Notes: generated by a model not told the origin, from the sequence alone. Positions 11,985-24,415 are shown, counted from the stretch's first letter. The stretch is DNA of 64,000 nt from Scyliorhinus canicula (GCF_902713615.1 NC_052176.1:11484243-11548242); one strand, 5' to 3'. Numbers and translations are program-made.

Positions 11985-12647
11985 ATGAGCGAAAGTGCAG
12001 CCGCCGAAACGGCTCCTCCAGCCGCCGCCCCAGTCAAGGCTGTCAAGAAGCAGAAGAAGGTGGTTCTCCGGAAGAAACCAGAAGGTCCCGGGCTGGGCGA
12101 GCTGATCCACAAGATTGTGGCGGATAGCGGCGATCGCAAGGGGGTTTCCTTACAGGCCATAAAGAAGCAGCTGCGGAGCAAAGGGGTCGATGTGGATAAA
12201 CGGGGGTCCCAGATCAAGCAAAGTGTCAAGAGGAGTGTGGACAACGGCAGCTTGGCTCAGGTCAAGGGCACGGGCGCCTCCGGCTCCTTCAAGATCGTTA
12301 AGAAGACAACCGGGGGGAAAGTGATAAAGACTGGAGCAGGCAAGAAACCTTTAGTGAAGAAAGCAGCAGCCAAGAAATCTCCCAAGAAAGCAGCACCCAA
12401 GAAACCCGCAGCCAAGAAATCTCCCAAGAAACCCGTAGCCAAGAAAACTCCCAAGAAACCCGCAGCCAAGAAATCTCCCAAGAAAGCAGCAGCCAAGAAG
12501 GCGGCAGCTCCCAAAAAGAGCGCGAAGAAAGCAGCCCCGAAGAAAAGTTCTCCTGTGAAAAAGATCAAGGGCGGAATAAAGCAGACCCAATCGAGGGCCA
12601 ATTCCAAAGCGAAATCAGTAAAGGCTAAGAAACCAGCAAAGAAGTGA
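11985..12647 (+). CDS. H1: Histone H1, replication-dependent type, 220 aa
   Basis: ATG at 11985 (MSESAAAETAPP), globular domain ending KGTGASGSFK, Lys/Ala/Pro tail with SPKK/TPKK repeats, intronless, 3' stem-loop. Confidence 0.95.
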   Translation: MSESAAAETAPPAAAPVKAVKKQKKVVLRKKPEGPGLGELIHKIVADSGDRKGVSLQAIKKQLRSKGVDVDKRGSQIKQSVKRSVDNGSLAQVKGTGASGSFKIVKKTTGGKVIKTGAGKKPLVKKAAAKKSPKKAAPKKPAAKKSPKKPVAKKTPKKPAAKKSPKKAAAKKAAAPKKSAKKAAPKKSSPVKKIKGGIKQTQSRANSKAKSVKAKKPAKK

Positions 12648-12683
12648 AAGAACGCGAGCAAATTGTAAACCTCTGAACCCAAA

Positions 12684-12724
12684 GGCTCTTCTCAAAGCCA
12701 CCCACATCTCTCCGGAAAGAGCTG
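12684..12724 (+). terminator. Histone 3' stem-loop (one C-A mismatch) + HDE of H1
   Basis: GGCTCT TCTC AAAGCC ACCCA followed by GAAAGAGCTG. Confidence 0.85.
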
Positions 12725-13401
12725 ATCCCCCGACCAATGAATCCCTGTCCCGGTGCTGGGAGCAGATTTCAGATAGAAATGTCAATCCAGTATTGCCGCT
12801 CACTCGCTGACATGCTCTGCACCGGGCTTCTCCCCCCACTCTGCACTAAAACACAGGGAAGTTGCTGCCTCTTCCTAACCGGGGAACAGTCACAGTTTGT
12901 ATTAGTTTCATTATTCACAGATTCATGGGAAGAGTCTGTAAAATACTTCACATGGCGGAGAAATCCCGCCTCACAACTCAAACACTTTATATCAGCTGGA
13001 AGGGATGTTAGTAAAATTCCCAACCTGTCTGGGAGAGGAGTTGTGTGGGGATGGAATCGGAGCTGGGGTTGAAATGGGAGCAGATAGGTCGGCTGGTTCT
13101 AGAAAGGAGTGGACTGGGCCGGAATATTACTGACATGCCTGGATTTAATAGATCCGCGTTTCTAACTAGCTGCTATATGATGTTGCAGTTTGTCCGTGTT
13201 CAGCGCGCTTTTTTCACTTCTGTTTGGAATATAAAATGTGGGTTGGAGCAGGCAGGAGGCGGAGGGTCAAAGACATTTCACTGCTCTGTCTGTCACTCAG
13301 TCTGCTCCCCGCCTCTCTCTCTTTCTCAGTCAGGTCGGGGCGGGCTGTATAATAAAGGAAAGTGCAGCAGCTCGTCTCTCATTCAGCAGCGATTTGACTG
13401 A

Positions 13402-13722
<321 letters not shown>

Positions 13723-13755
13723 GAAACTCCATTTAACAATTTGACAAAACCCAAA

Positions 13756-13771
13756 GGCTCTTTTAAGAGCC
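13756..13771 (+). terminator. Histone 3' stem-loop of H4
   Basis: GGCTCT TTTA AGAGCC preceded by CCAAA. Confidence 0.92.
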
Positions 13772-14300
13772 GCCCAAACCCTCACATTGAGAGCACTGAC
13801 CTTAGAATGGCAGCAGAATAACCCATGGAGCTGGTTTAGCGAGTCAAACCCTGGAAACCTCTTTCCTATCATTCATTTGTTTTCTCATTAGAAGGCGATA
13901 TAGATGTGCTGTACAGTCTGAAACAACCTTTCTCCGCAGTCAGCCCTGTAACCGCACATAGTGAACACGGACATTGTAATGACAGCGGGAATTCTGTGCC
14001 TGCTCGGTTTTATTCATCTAATCTCGGGTGAGTCCAATCCGAGACAAAAATGGGAGCAGGAATCATTGAGATGTTTTTGATATTCACAACTCGAGATTGA
14101 TTTTTTTTCGGTTTTCTCAAATATCCGTTCCCTGTCCCTGTGAAATTGGCGGGCTTTTTGAAATTGATGGTTTGTCAGTTGCAGGTCCACCAATCAGGGC
14201 CCTGATATCCTTGCCGCCCATCGCTCTTTTCAAACTTGTCCACGGGATCGGGCTGCATCCAATGAGGAGAAGAGGGCGGTCACTATAATGCCTTAAATAG

Positions 14301-14768
<468 letters not shown>

Positions 14769-14800
14769 AACCCGGCCTCACCAATAATAACAACAACAAA

Positions 14801-14816
14801 GGCTCTTTTAAGAGGC
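14801..14816 (+). terminator. Histone 3' stem-loop of H3, second base pair disrupted
   Basis: GGCTCT TTTA AGAGGC (G-G mismatch) versus AGAGCC in the paralog. Confidence 0.8.
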
Positions 14817-16267
14817 ACCAAGTCTGTCACGAAAGGAGCTTCAACACCCAATCCCTCAGTTGAGATGCGGTCATTTCGAATATAAGCATCGGCAGTGTCT
14901 CATTGCATTCCTAAGCTGCAGTGACATTCTCACATACCAGAATTAAGTGCATGGACAACAGATCATTCTTTTACGGAGTGGTGGCTTCTGAAAGAGATCT
15001 TAGACTATTAGAGTCGTCCCGGTCCCACTGCTGGTTAAAGGCCGCTAAACTGACAAATAAAAGAGTGGCGACCTCTGGTTAGTCGCACTGATTTTGTAAT
15101 GAGAGCGGGAATGAATTCTGAAACCCCGCAGACCCATTGCACATAAACGGTCAGTTTCAGAAAGCCAGCACGCTAATAACAGCCGCCCTCCGGTAATACC
15201 AACAACACGGGAAGCTCATTCCAGCCTGAAGCCTCAGGGAAATTCTCACAAACACGGCACTAAGCGGATTGAGAACAGCTCACCCTTTTTCAGATAAAGT
15301 GAGAGGCTCTGAAAGTGACCAATCAGATATCTGTTTGAAGCACCAATCAGGAGGATCCACGGTGCTGAGGGCGGAAAGTTTGGGCGGCAAATGTTCAGAA
15401 TCCAACTGAATATTTATTTCAAAGCATAAAAGAGCGCGAAAATATAAAACAGAAAATTTAAGTGGGACCTTAAAAATGTGTCTAAATCATTGAAATTTGA
15501 GTATGAGATTGTTGGCTTCTCTCTCTTTGACGAGTCTACAGTTTCCCTTTATCTGTCAGTTTCCGATTTGGGGATTTCTTTGTAACTGACGAACCCAAAA
15601 CAAATTAAAGCAAATAATGCGGATGCTGCAAATGTGAATTAAAGAGAAAATGCTGGAGAAACTCAGCATGTCTGTGAGTACCCGTGGAAAAGTTTCGGAT
15701 TTGCAGAAGGGGCATTTAGATCCGAAACTGTTCCCACAGATTTTTACAACTTGGATTCGAATCGAGTTTAATCTAGCTGCTGTTTAAAACGCTATCAGCC
15801 GCAGACAGAATGTTTAATTTATAGCCAGCTGCAAATATTATGAAAAAGACCCATATTGTAGACTACTTTAGTGCTAAAAGTGGAGTGAGCAGTTTGGAGC
15901 TAGTGTCAGTGTTGAAATGTAGTTCTCCCACACCACTAATGTGCTCCAACATAAATCGGAAGGGAGATTTTTTCGAATCCCGAACACAAATTGAAAGGGA
16001 AGTTTTGGAGATCTATTCTCTCTCCAAAGCTAGCGACAGATACCGAATATGAACAAGTCAGAAACCAAAGACACAGTGTCTCCGAGCGGTCACTAAATGA
16101 TGGGATTTATTATCAAGGCACGAAGGTCGACCAGGCGATACCTGGACATCACCCAGAATGTTAATTCCTGTCAAACCCTATTTGAACGGATTTGGCTATT
16201 CCTAATAGAAATAAACTAATAATAGTTTAAAGTATGATGGTTTGGCTGCTTTCCAGAAATTGTGGGT

Positions 16268-16283
16268 GGCTCTTAAAAGAGCC
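16268..16283 (-). terminator. Histone 3' stem-loop of H2B
   Basis: Minus strand reads GGCTCTTTTAAGAGCC ACCCA. Confidence 0.93.
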
Positions 16284-16313
16284 GTTGGGTTTTGGACGAG
16301 TTTGAGAACAGTT

Positions 16314-16691
16314 TTACTTGGAGCTGGTGTACTTGGTGACCGCCTTTGTCCCTTCCGACACGGCGTGCTTGGCCAGTTCCCCGGGCAGCAGCAGGCGCAC
16401 GGCGGTCTGGATCTCCCGGGAGCTGATGGTGTGGCGCTTGTTGTAATGGGCCAGGCGGGAAGCCTCACCCGCGATACGCTCGAAAATATCGCTGACGAAC
16501 GAGTTCATGATGCTCATGGCCTTGGAGGAGATGCCGGTGTCGGGGTGAACCTGCTTCATCACTTTGTAGATGTAGATGGAGTAACTCTCCTTCCTCGACC
16601 TTCGCCGCTTCTTGCCGCCCTTTACTGGGATCTTCTTCTGGGTTTTCTTAGCGCCCTTCTTGGGAACTGGAGCTTTTTTGTCATCAACCAT
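16314..16691 (-). CDS. H2B: Histone H2B, 125 aa
   Basis: ATG at 16691 ([12 protein letters not shown]); core [35 protein letters not shown]. Confidence 0.98.
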   Translation of the reverse strand: MVDDKKAPVPKKGAKKTQKKIPVKGGKKRRRSRKESYSIYIYKVMKQVHPDTGISSKAMSIMNSFVSDIFERIAGEASRLAHYNKRHTISSREIQTAVRLLLPGELAKHAVSEGTKAVTKYTSSK

Positions 16692-16739
16692 AGTGACAGC
16701 AAACTGCAGACACACAATAACTGGGAACTGCCAGATAAC

Positions 16740-16912
16740 TGCCCTTTTATAGACTAACTCAGTGAACTATGTTAATGAAGGATGGGAGAGAGACCAAGTC
16801 ACCAATGGTGAATTTAGAATGCTGTGACGTTTATGTGCATCTGATTGGTTGTTTCAGGCAGCCAATTACAGCAACTGCCCCGCCCATCCATAAACTCTGT
16901 AGCCAATCAGGT
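16740..16912. promoter_or_regulatory. H2B promoter with H2A/H2B-type CCAAT array
   Basis: TATAAA on minus ~16746-16751, octamer-like ATGTTAAT, TGACGT, four CCAAT/ATTGG boxes, GC box. Confidence 0.7.
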
Positions 16913-16990
16913 TGCCCCTAATTGACACATTGCTCTGACTCTGGGCCTCCCTCTGCCGGCAGCAGCACATTCTCTCTGCTGGTAATAACA

Positions 16991-17160
16991 TGATGTGGAG
17001 ATGCCGGCGTTGGACTGGGGTGAGCACAGTAAGAAGTCTTACAACACCAGGTTAAAGTCCAACAGGTTTGTTTCAAACACGAGCTTTCGGAGCACGGCTC
17101 CTTCTTCAGGTGAATGAGGATTCTTCACCTGAAGAAGGAGCCGTGCTCCGAAAGCTCGTG
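16991..17160. mobile_element. Short Penelope-like insertion with an inverted partial terminal repeat
   Basis: Flanked by direct repeat GTAATAACA (16982-16990, 17161-17169). Perfect 37-bp inverted repeat 17078-17114 / 17124-17160 containing a hammerhead core. Confidence 0.8.
17126..17160 (+). ncRNA. Minimal type I hammerhead ribozyme motif (mirror copy on minus strand 17078-17112)
   Basis: CAC-CUGAAGA-A-GGAGC(CGU)GCUCC-GAA-AGCU-C-GUG: CUGANGA box, helix II, GAAA, palindromic AGCU helix III, CUC triplet, CAC/GUG helix I. Confidence 0.7.
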
Positions 17161-17169
17161 GTAATAACA

Positions 17170-18422
17170 CGTCACTCTCCAGGGGCTGTCCCGCGCATGC
17201 GTGCCCACTCAGCCCGATCAGGCAGTGCGCAGGCGCGGCCCTCAGCGTCCGGACCGCCTCCTCATGACGTCACCGGGCTGTCCAGGGGCAGCTTCTTTGA
17301 AGCAACACCAGGTTGAACCGGCGCTGGAGAGCAGATCCTCCATTTTGTAGCTGGCAGCTGGGAAGAATTGAAAATGGATGGTTTTGTAATAAAGAAGAGA
17401 GGGTCAGAGACACAAACAGGCCCGGATCTCACAACTAAATCTGTGGGAGAGTCGCCCAGGGGAGTGACAGCAACACAAAGCAGAGCTGGTGTCAGCTCCA
17501 CGGCCTCTGCTCAACAACCCATTCAGAAGGAGCTGAAATCAGGAACACAGCAGAATAAAGGGGATATTTGAAGGTATGTCTTTATAAATTGTGCCAATGC
17601 AAATCAGGATTCCCTCCGGCTGATTTATTTGGAGATGAGACGTGGATGCTCTCTCTGTCTTACCTTGCAGACATCTTTTCAATTCTAAACACACTGAACC
17701 TCAAATTGCAAGGAAAGGAGGAGGATTGCTTTTGGCGTTGTGAAGAAATTGATGCTTTCCAGAAGTAATTGAATGTTAGGCAACTGCGAGTAGAAAGCCA
17801 AACCTCCTACATGTTCCCCATGCTGTAAAGACATATCAAAGGAAATAGTTAGTAAAGGAACTGTCGATCGACTGGATGCACTGATCAACAGTTTTTATCG
17901 CTTTTTTCCAGAGGAGAAGTTTCAGATTTTGAGAGAGAATTGGTTGGTGAAAACTCCCTTTGAGTTCGAGACCCCGGACTCAATTACAAACTGATAGCTG
18001 ACTCCAAATGTACAAACTGAGCTTCTGCACCTCACCTGTGACAGCACATAAAAAATATGCAACAACCCCATGAGGTTTTCAGAATTCTGGCGTCACGTCT
18101 AGGAGGAGTATCCAGTGCTGAGTAAAACAAGCATTCTGTTGCTATTACACATCACAAGGATCTACATGTTAACGGTTTGGATTTTCATCCTCAAAAGGAT
18201 GAAGACAGCACAAAGGAACCAGTTGAACTCTGCACCTGATACACGCGCTGCCCTCTCCACATCTGAACCTGATTGAAGTGTGAGCATAAGGACCAAGCAA
18301 GCTCACCTGCTGCATTAAAGGTAAGAGAACATAGTGGGTCGTGGAGGTCAGCTGGAGTGGGTCCCAAAAGACGGACGGTTGGTTAAAATGGGTCGCAGGT
18401 ATAAAGCAGTTTAAACGTACTG
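17170..18422 (+). mobile_element. Degenerate, internally deleted hAT Charlie/Buster transposon relic
   Basis: Peptides MDGFVIKKR.. and LSYLADIFSILNTLNLKLQG..EEIDAFQK resemble Buster/ZBED5-type transposases; many stops; possible right TIR ending 18422; left end not found. Confidence 0.75.
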
Positions 18423-18734
18423 CTCTGTAAAATACTACTGATTCAGTTCATCCATTTTCCTTCATTTACCATGAATAACTGATCTAATGTCATTGATGTA
18501 GTACATATGTTACAGATAAGAACATTTATAACTTAATCAGAATGGTAAAGGCAGTTTCAGACATCAGGACGAGACCAGGTCTCATGCTACAAGAAGAGAC
18601 CTAAGCAATGACATATTATAAGAATTATTATTGGTAAACATGCAGTTACTGCAGAAATATTTTAAAATCCAGGTTTGGCAGTATGTCATGGTGCGCGTTA
18701 CAGAGAAAGTGCTGCAAGCTGCTCAGAACTGGAT

Positions 18735-19071
18735 TATTAGAACTGTACAGCACAGGACAGGCCCTTTGGCCCTCCATGTTGTGCCAAGCAATGATCACCC
18801 TACTCAAGCCCACGTATCCACCCTATACCAGTAACCCAACAACCCCCATTAACCTTATTTTTTAGGACACTAAGGGCAATTTAGCCTGGCCAATCCACCT
18901 AACCCGCACATCTTTGGACTGTGGGAGGAAACCGGAGCACCCGGAGGAAACCCACGCACACACGGGGAGGACGTGCAGACTCCGCACAGACAATGACCCA
19001 GCCGGGAATCGAACCTGGGAGCCTGGAGCTGTGAAGCATTGATGCTAACCACCATGCTACCGTGCTGCCTT
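18735..19071 (-). mobile_element. HE1-like SINE, present only in unit A
   Basis: Full SINE flanked by CTGGAT duplication (18729-18734, 19072-19077); empty site at ~53648. Confidence 0.9.
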
Positions 19072-19126
19072 CTGGATGCTAACTATTCAAGTGGAGACTG
19101 GAGAAGCTTTCAACTGGAGCTGAGTT

Positions 19127-19560
19127 CATAGATTTCATAGAATCTACAGTGCAGAAGGCGGCCATTCTGCCCATCGAGTCTGCAACGGCCCATGGAAAGA
19201 GCATACTAATAATAATAGCTTATTGTCACAAGTAGGCTTCAATGAAGTTACTGTGAAAAGCCCCAGTCGCCAGATTCCGGCGCCTGTTCGGGGAGGCTGG
19301 TACGGGAATTGAACCCGCGCTGCTGGCCTTGTTCTGCATTACAAGCCAGCTGCTTAGCCCACTGTGCTAAACCAGCCCTCCCAACTACCTAAGCCCACAC
19401 CTCAACCCTATCCCCACACCACCCTCTCCCCGGAAACCTTCCCTCACCTTTTTTGGACACTAAGGAAAATTTAGCATAGCCAATCCACATAACCTGCACA
19501 TCTTTGGACCGTGGGAAGAATCCGGAGCACCCGGAGGAAACATGGGGAGAACGTGTAGAC
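19127..19560 (-). mobile_element. Older SINE with a nested short tRNA-derived SINE (~19208-19378)
   Basis: SINE tail and body interrupted by TTATTGTCACAAGTAGGC..GCTAAACCAGCCC; same nest at 53703-54135. Confidence 0.7.
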
Positions 19561-19671
19561 TCAGCTAACTGTGTAAACCAGCGGAGTGTTCAAATCATAT
19601 TCAGTTACAAATTGGAAACCAGGGGAGTGAGTAAATCGGTGGTGTGGGTAAACCAGGGAGTGTGGAAATCA

Positions 19672-22600
19672 GGAGAGAGAGGAGTTGAACACGTGGCTAC
19701 AGGGATGGTGCAGGAGGGAGGGTTTTGGTTTCCTGGATAATTGGGGCTCATTCTGGGGTAGGTGGGACCTCTACAAACAGGATGGTCTTCATCTGAACCA
19801 GAGGGGTGCCAATATCCTGGGGGGGAGATTTGCTAGTGCTCTTTGGGGGGGGGGGGGGGGGTTTAACAGATTCAGCAGGGGGATGGGAACCTAAATTGTA
19901 GTCCCAGTGTACAGGATGTTGAGAGTAGCGAGGTCAGGGATAGGGTTAAAAGTTCGAAAGAGGGCACCGGCAAGCAAGATGCTGGTTCGAAGTGTGTCTA
20001 CTTCAACGCCAGGAGCATCCGGAATAAGGTGGGTGAGCTTGCAGCATGGGTTGGTACCTGGGATCTCGATGTTGTGGCGATTTCGTAGACATGGGTAGAG
20101 CAGGGACAGGAATGGTTGTTGCAGGTTCCAGGATTTAGATGTTTCTGTAAAAACAGAGAAGTTGGTAAAAGAGGTGGGGATGTGGCATTGTTAATCAAGG
20201 AAAGTATTACTGCGGCAAAAAGGACGTTTGAGGACTCGTCTACTGAGGTAGTATGGGCCGAGGTTAGGAACAGGAGAGGAGAGGTCACCCTGTCAAGAGT
20301 TGTCTATAGACCTCTGAATAGTTCCAGAGATATAGAGGAAAGGATAGCAAAGATGAATCTCGACAGGAGCTAGAGTAACAGGTTAGATGTTATGGGGGAC
20401 TTTAATTTTCCAGATATTGACTGGAAATACTATAGTTTGAGTACTATAGATGGGTCAGTTTTTGTGCAGTGTGTGCAGGAGGGTTTTCTGACACAGTATG
20501 TAGACAGGCCAACAAGGGGCAATGCCACATTGGATTTGGTACTGGATAATAACCCGGCCAGGTGTTAGATTTAGATGTAGGTGAGCACTTTGGTGATAGT
20601 GATCACAGTTCGGTTATTTTTACTTTAGCGATGGGCAGGGATAGGTATATACCGCAAGGCAAGAATTATAGCTGGGGGAATGGCAATTATGATGCTATTC
20701 GGCAAGATTTTGGATGTATAGGATGGGAAGGAAACTGCAGGGGTTGGGTACAATCGAAATGTGGAGCTTTTTCTAGGAACAGCTACTGCGTGTCCTTGAT
20801 AAGTATGTACCTGTCAGGCAGGGAGGAAGTTGTCGAGCAAGGGAACCGTGGTTTACTAAGGAAGTTGAAGCAATTGTCAAGAGGAAGTAGAAGGCTTATG
20901 TTAGGATGAGACATGAAGGCTCAGTTAGGGCACTTGAGAGTTACAAGTTAGCCAGTAAGGACCTAAAGGGAGAGTTAAGAAGAGCGAGGAGAGGACACGA
21001 AAAGTCATTGGCGGATAGGATCAAGGAAAACCCTAAGGCTTTCTATAGGTATATCAGGAACAAAAGAATGACGAGAGTAAGATTAGGGCCAATCAAGGAT
21101 AGTAGTGGAAAGTTGTGTGTAGAATCAGAGGAGATAGGGGAAGCATAAAATGGATATTTTCATCAGTGTTTACACTGGAGAAAGACAATGTTGTCGAGGA
21201 GAATACTCAGGTTCAGTCGACCAGGCTAGATGGAATTGAGGTTCAAAAGGAGGAGGTGTTATCAATTTTGGAAAATGTCAAAATAGATAAGTCCCCTGGG
21301 CCAGATGGGATTTATCCTAGGATTCTCTGGGAAGGCAGGGAGGAGATTGCAGAGCCTTTGTCCTTGATCTTTATGTCGTCTTTGTCGACAGGAATAGTGC
21401 CGGAAGACTGGAGGATAGCAAATGTTGCCCCTTGTTCAAGAAAGGGAGTAGAGACAACCCTGGTAATTATAGACTTGTGAGCCTTACTTCGGTTGTGGGT
21501 AAAATGTTGGAGAAGGTTATAAGAGATAGGGTTTATAATCATCTTGAAAAGAACAAGTTGATTAGCGATAGTCAACACGGTTTTGTGAAGAGTAGGTCAT
21601 GCCTCACAAACCTTATTGAGTTTTTTGAGAAGGTGACCAAACAGGTGGATGAGGGTAAATTGGTTGATGTTGTGTATATGGATTTCAGTAAGGCGTTTGA
21701 TAAGGTTCCCCACGGTAGGCTATTGCAGAAAATAAGGAAGTATGGGATTGAAGGTGATTTAGCGGTTTGGATCAGTAATTGGCTAGCTGAAAGAAGACAG
21801 AGGGTGGTGGTTGATGGCAAATGTTCATCCTGGAGTTCAGTTACTAGTGGTGTACCGCAAGGATCTGTTTTGGGGCCACTGCTGTTTGTCATTTTTATAA
21901 ATGACCTGGAAGACCACGTATCCACCCTATACCCGTAACCCAACAACCCCCCCTTAACCTTACTTTTTAGGACACTACGGGCAATTTAGCACGGCCAATC
22001 CACCTAACCCGCACATCTTTGGACTGTGGGAGGAAACCGGAGCACCCGGAGGAAACCCACGCACACAGGGGGAGGACGTGCAGACTCCACACAGACAGTG
22101 ACCCAGCCGGGAATCGAACCTGGGACCCTGGAGCTGTGAAGCATTGATGCTAACCACCATGCTACCCTGCTGCCCCAGAAGGATGGGTTAGTAAATTTGC
22201 AGATGACACGAAGGTTGGTGGAGTTGTGGATAGTGCTGAAGGATGTTATAGGATACAGAGGGACATAGATAAGCTGCAGAGCTGGGCTGAGAGTTGGCAG
22301 ATGGAGTTTAATGCGGAAAAGTGTGAGGTGGTTCACTTTGGAAGGAGTAACAGGAATGCAGAGTACTGGGCTAATGGCAAGATTCTTCGTAGTGTAGATG
22401 AACAGAGAGATCTCAGCATCCAGGTACATAAATCCCTGAAAGTTGCCACCCAGGTTAGTAGGGCTGTTAAGAAGGCATATGGTGTGCTAACCTTTATCAG
22501 TAGGGGGATTGAGTTTCGGAACCACAAGGTCATGCTGCAGCTGTACATAACTCTGGTGCGGCCGCTCCTGGAGTACTGCGTGCAGTTCTGGTCACCACAT

Positions 22601-23087
22601 TATAGGAAGGATGTAGAAGCTTTGGAAAGGGGTCAGAGGACATTTACTAGGATGTTGCCTGGTATGGAGGGAAGGTCTTACGAGGAAAGGCTCAGGGACT
22701 TGAGGTTGTTTTCGTTAGAGAGGAGAAGGCTGAGAGGTGACTTAATAGAGACATATAAGATAGTCAGAGGGTTAGATAGGGTGGACAGTGAGAGTCTTTT
22801 TCCTTGGTGATGACCAACACGAGGGGACATAGCTCTAAATTGAGGGGTGGTAGATATAGGACAGATGTCAGAGGCAGTTTCTTTACTCAGAGAGTAGTAG
22901 GGGTGTGGAACGCCCTGCCTGCAACAGTAGTAGACTCGCCAACTTTAAGGGCATTTAAGTGGTCACTGGATAGACATATGGATGAAAATGGAATAGTGTA
23001 GGTCAGATAGGCTTCAGATGGTTTCTCAGGTCGGCACAACATCTAGGGCCGAAGGGCCTCTACTGCGCTGTAATGTTCTATGTTCTA
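19672..23087 (+). mobile_element. 5'-truncated CR1 LINE (end of ORF1 + ORF2), multiply disrupted
   Basis: ORF fragments 19685-23001 with DGLHLN, KSPGPDG and [10 protein letters not shown]; several stops and frameshifts; GTTCTATGTTCTA tail; absent from unit B (54250). Confidence 0.93.
21914..22176 (-). mobile_element. HE1-like SINE lacking its 3' tail, inserted in the CR1 RT domain
   Basis: Interrupts FINDLE|EGWVSKFADD. Confidence 0.88.
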
Positions 23088-24415
23088 ATCTTTCCCAAGG
23101 TGGAGGGGTGTTGCACGTTTTACTTGAGTGTATTACGCGTTTATTGGAGTGTATTAACACGCCTCCGTTTAAAGGCCGTGTGCTTAACACTGCTACACCT
23201 CTGTGTGTGTATTTTCAGCTCGGAGTCGCCAGGTGCCGTATATAGACACCTCACAAGTATTTCAAGGTCAGGTTCAAAGTAATAAAACTATACACCGATC
23301 AGTAAGTTCAAACGATCAATATTTATTATACAAATATAATAAATACGCATGCACATGCTAAAGACTAATACTTATTTCTACTATTAAACGACTAAATACT
23401 TATCTAAGTAGGAACCAGCAAGGTCAGGGGACAAGGCCTTTGTTCCTTTCTGGGCTGCACCTTCTGTTCACTAATAGTCGAATACTGTATAAGTAATGCC
23501 GGGTTCACGTAGCGAGCGTCGTTTTGGCACTTACTGAACGATGGCTGGTGCTCAACGGCTGGTGATGGGAGACAGGATCAACGGCTGGAGTCGGAGTCAG
23601 GATACAACAGCAGATCTGGGCCGGAGTCAAAACAGCAGTCCAAGCCGGAGCACAAAAACAGACAGAACCATGTGCGGGGTCTATCTTTATAGGGCCCCCA
23701 ACGTCCGTGCCTTTTCGGGGCGGGCCTTTACCTGCCATGTATCGATTGGGTTATTTCCCAATCGATATCTTACAAATCCCCCAATCTGAGGGTCTCTTCT
23801 CGATGGGTGGGGCGGTCTCTAGGGTCTTTTGTGATGGATACTTCTGGTGCCGTTTCGTCTGGGCGTCCACTCAAAGTATCCATTCAAACCCAAATGTTGC
23901 TATTGTGTGTGCCCAGATCTGGATCGCCTCATTACTATGCAAAGCGTTTTGCTATTTGCACCTTTGGTTGAGATCTTCCACCTGGCCATAAACTAGTTTT
24001 GCTACGTGCAGAATGCTAATTAGCCTTTGCAGACTGCTTGTCCTGGCTAAGACTGTTTTCTCCCTACAGTCTTAGCAGTTCTCCATTTTGTTAGCCCAGT
24101 GTCCATCTTAGGTGGCTACAAGGGGTCAGTCACCCGGGGGCATAGATTTAAGGTGCATGGAGAAAAGTTTACAGAGGATGTGCGAGGCAGGTTTGTTACG
24201 CAGACAGTGGTGAGAGCAAGGACCGCGTTGCCAGGGGAGGTTGTAGAAGCAGATACATTACGGCGGTCAACAGTCATCTTGACAAACACATGGATAGGAT
24301 GGGTATAGAGGGATACGGCACAAGGAAGTGCTGAGGGTTTTGGCAAAGGTTGGTATCATGACCTGTACAGGTTTGGAGGGCCGAAGGTACGGCTCCTGTG
24401 CTGTATTGTTATTTG
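23088..24415 (+). mobile_element. Old CR1 3' fragment split by the solo LTR
   Basis: FPKVEG|SVTRGHRFKV..FVTQTVV continues across the LTR; CR1-like 3' UTR GAGGGCCGAAGG. Confidence 0.7.
23109..24120 (-). mobile_element. Solo LTR, 1012 bp
   Basis: TG...CA termini; 5-bp TSD AGGGG (23104-23108, 24121-24125); TATAAA (~23687) and AATAAA (~23140) on the minus strand. Confidence 0.85.

Noticed and set aside
17368-17768. Domesticated ZBED/Buster transposase gene
   Set aside because: Only short fragments with stops and large deletions in both copies.
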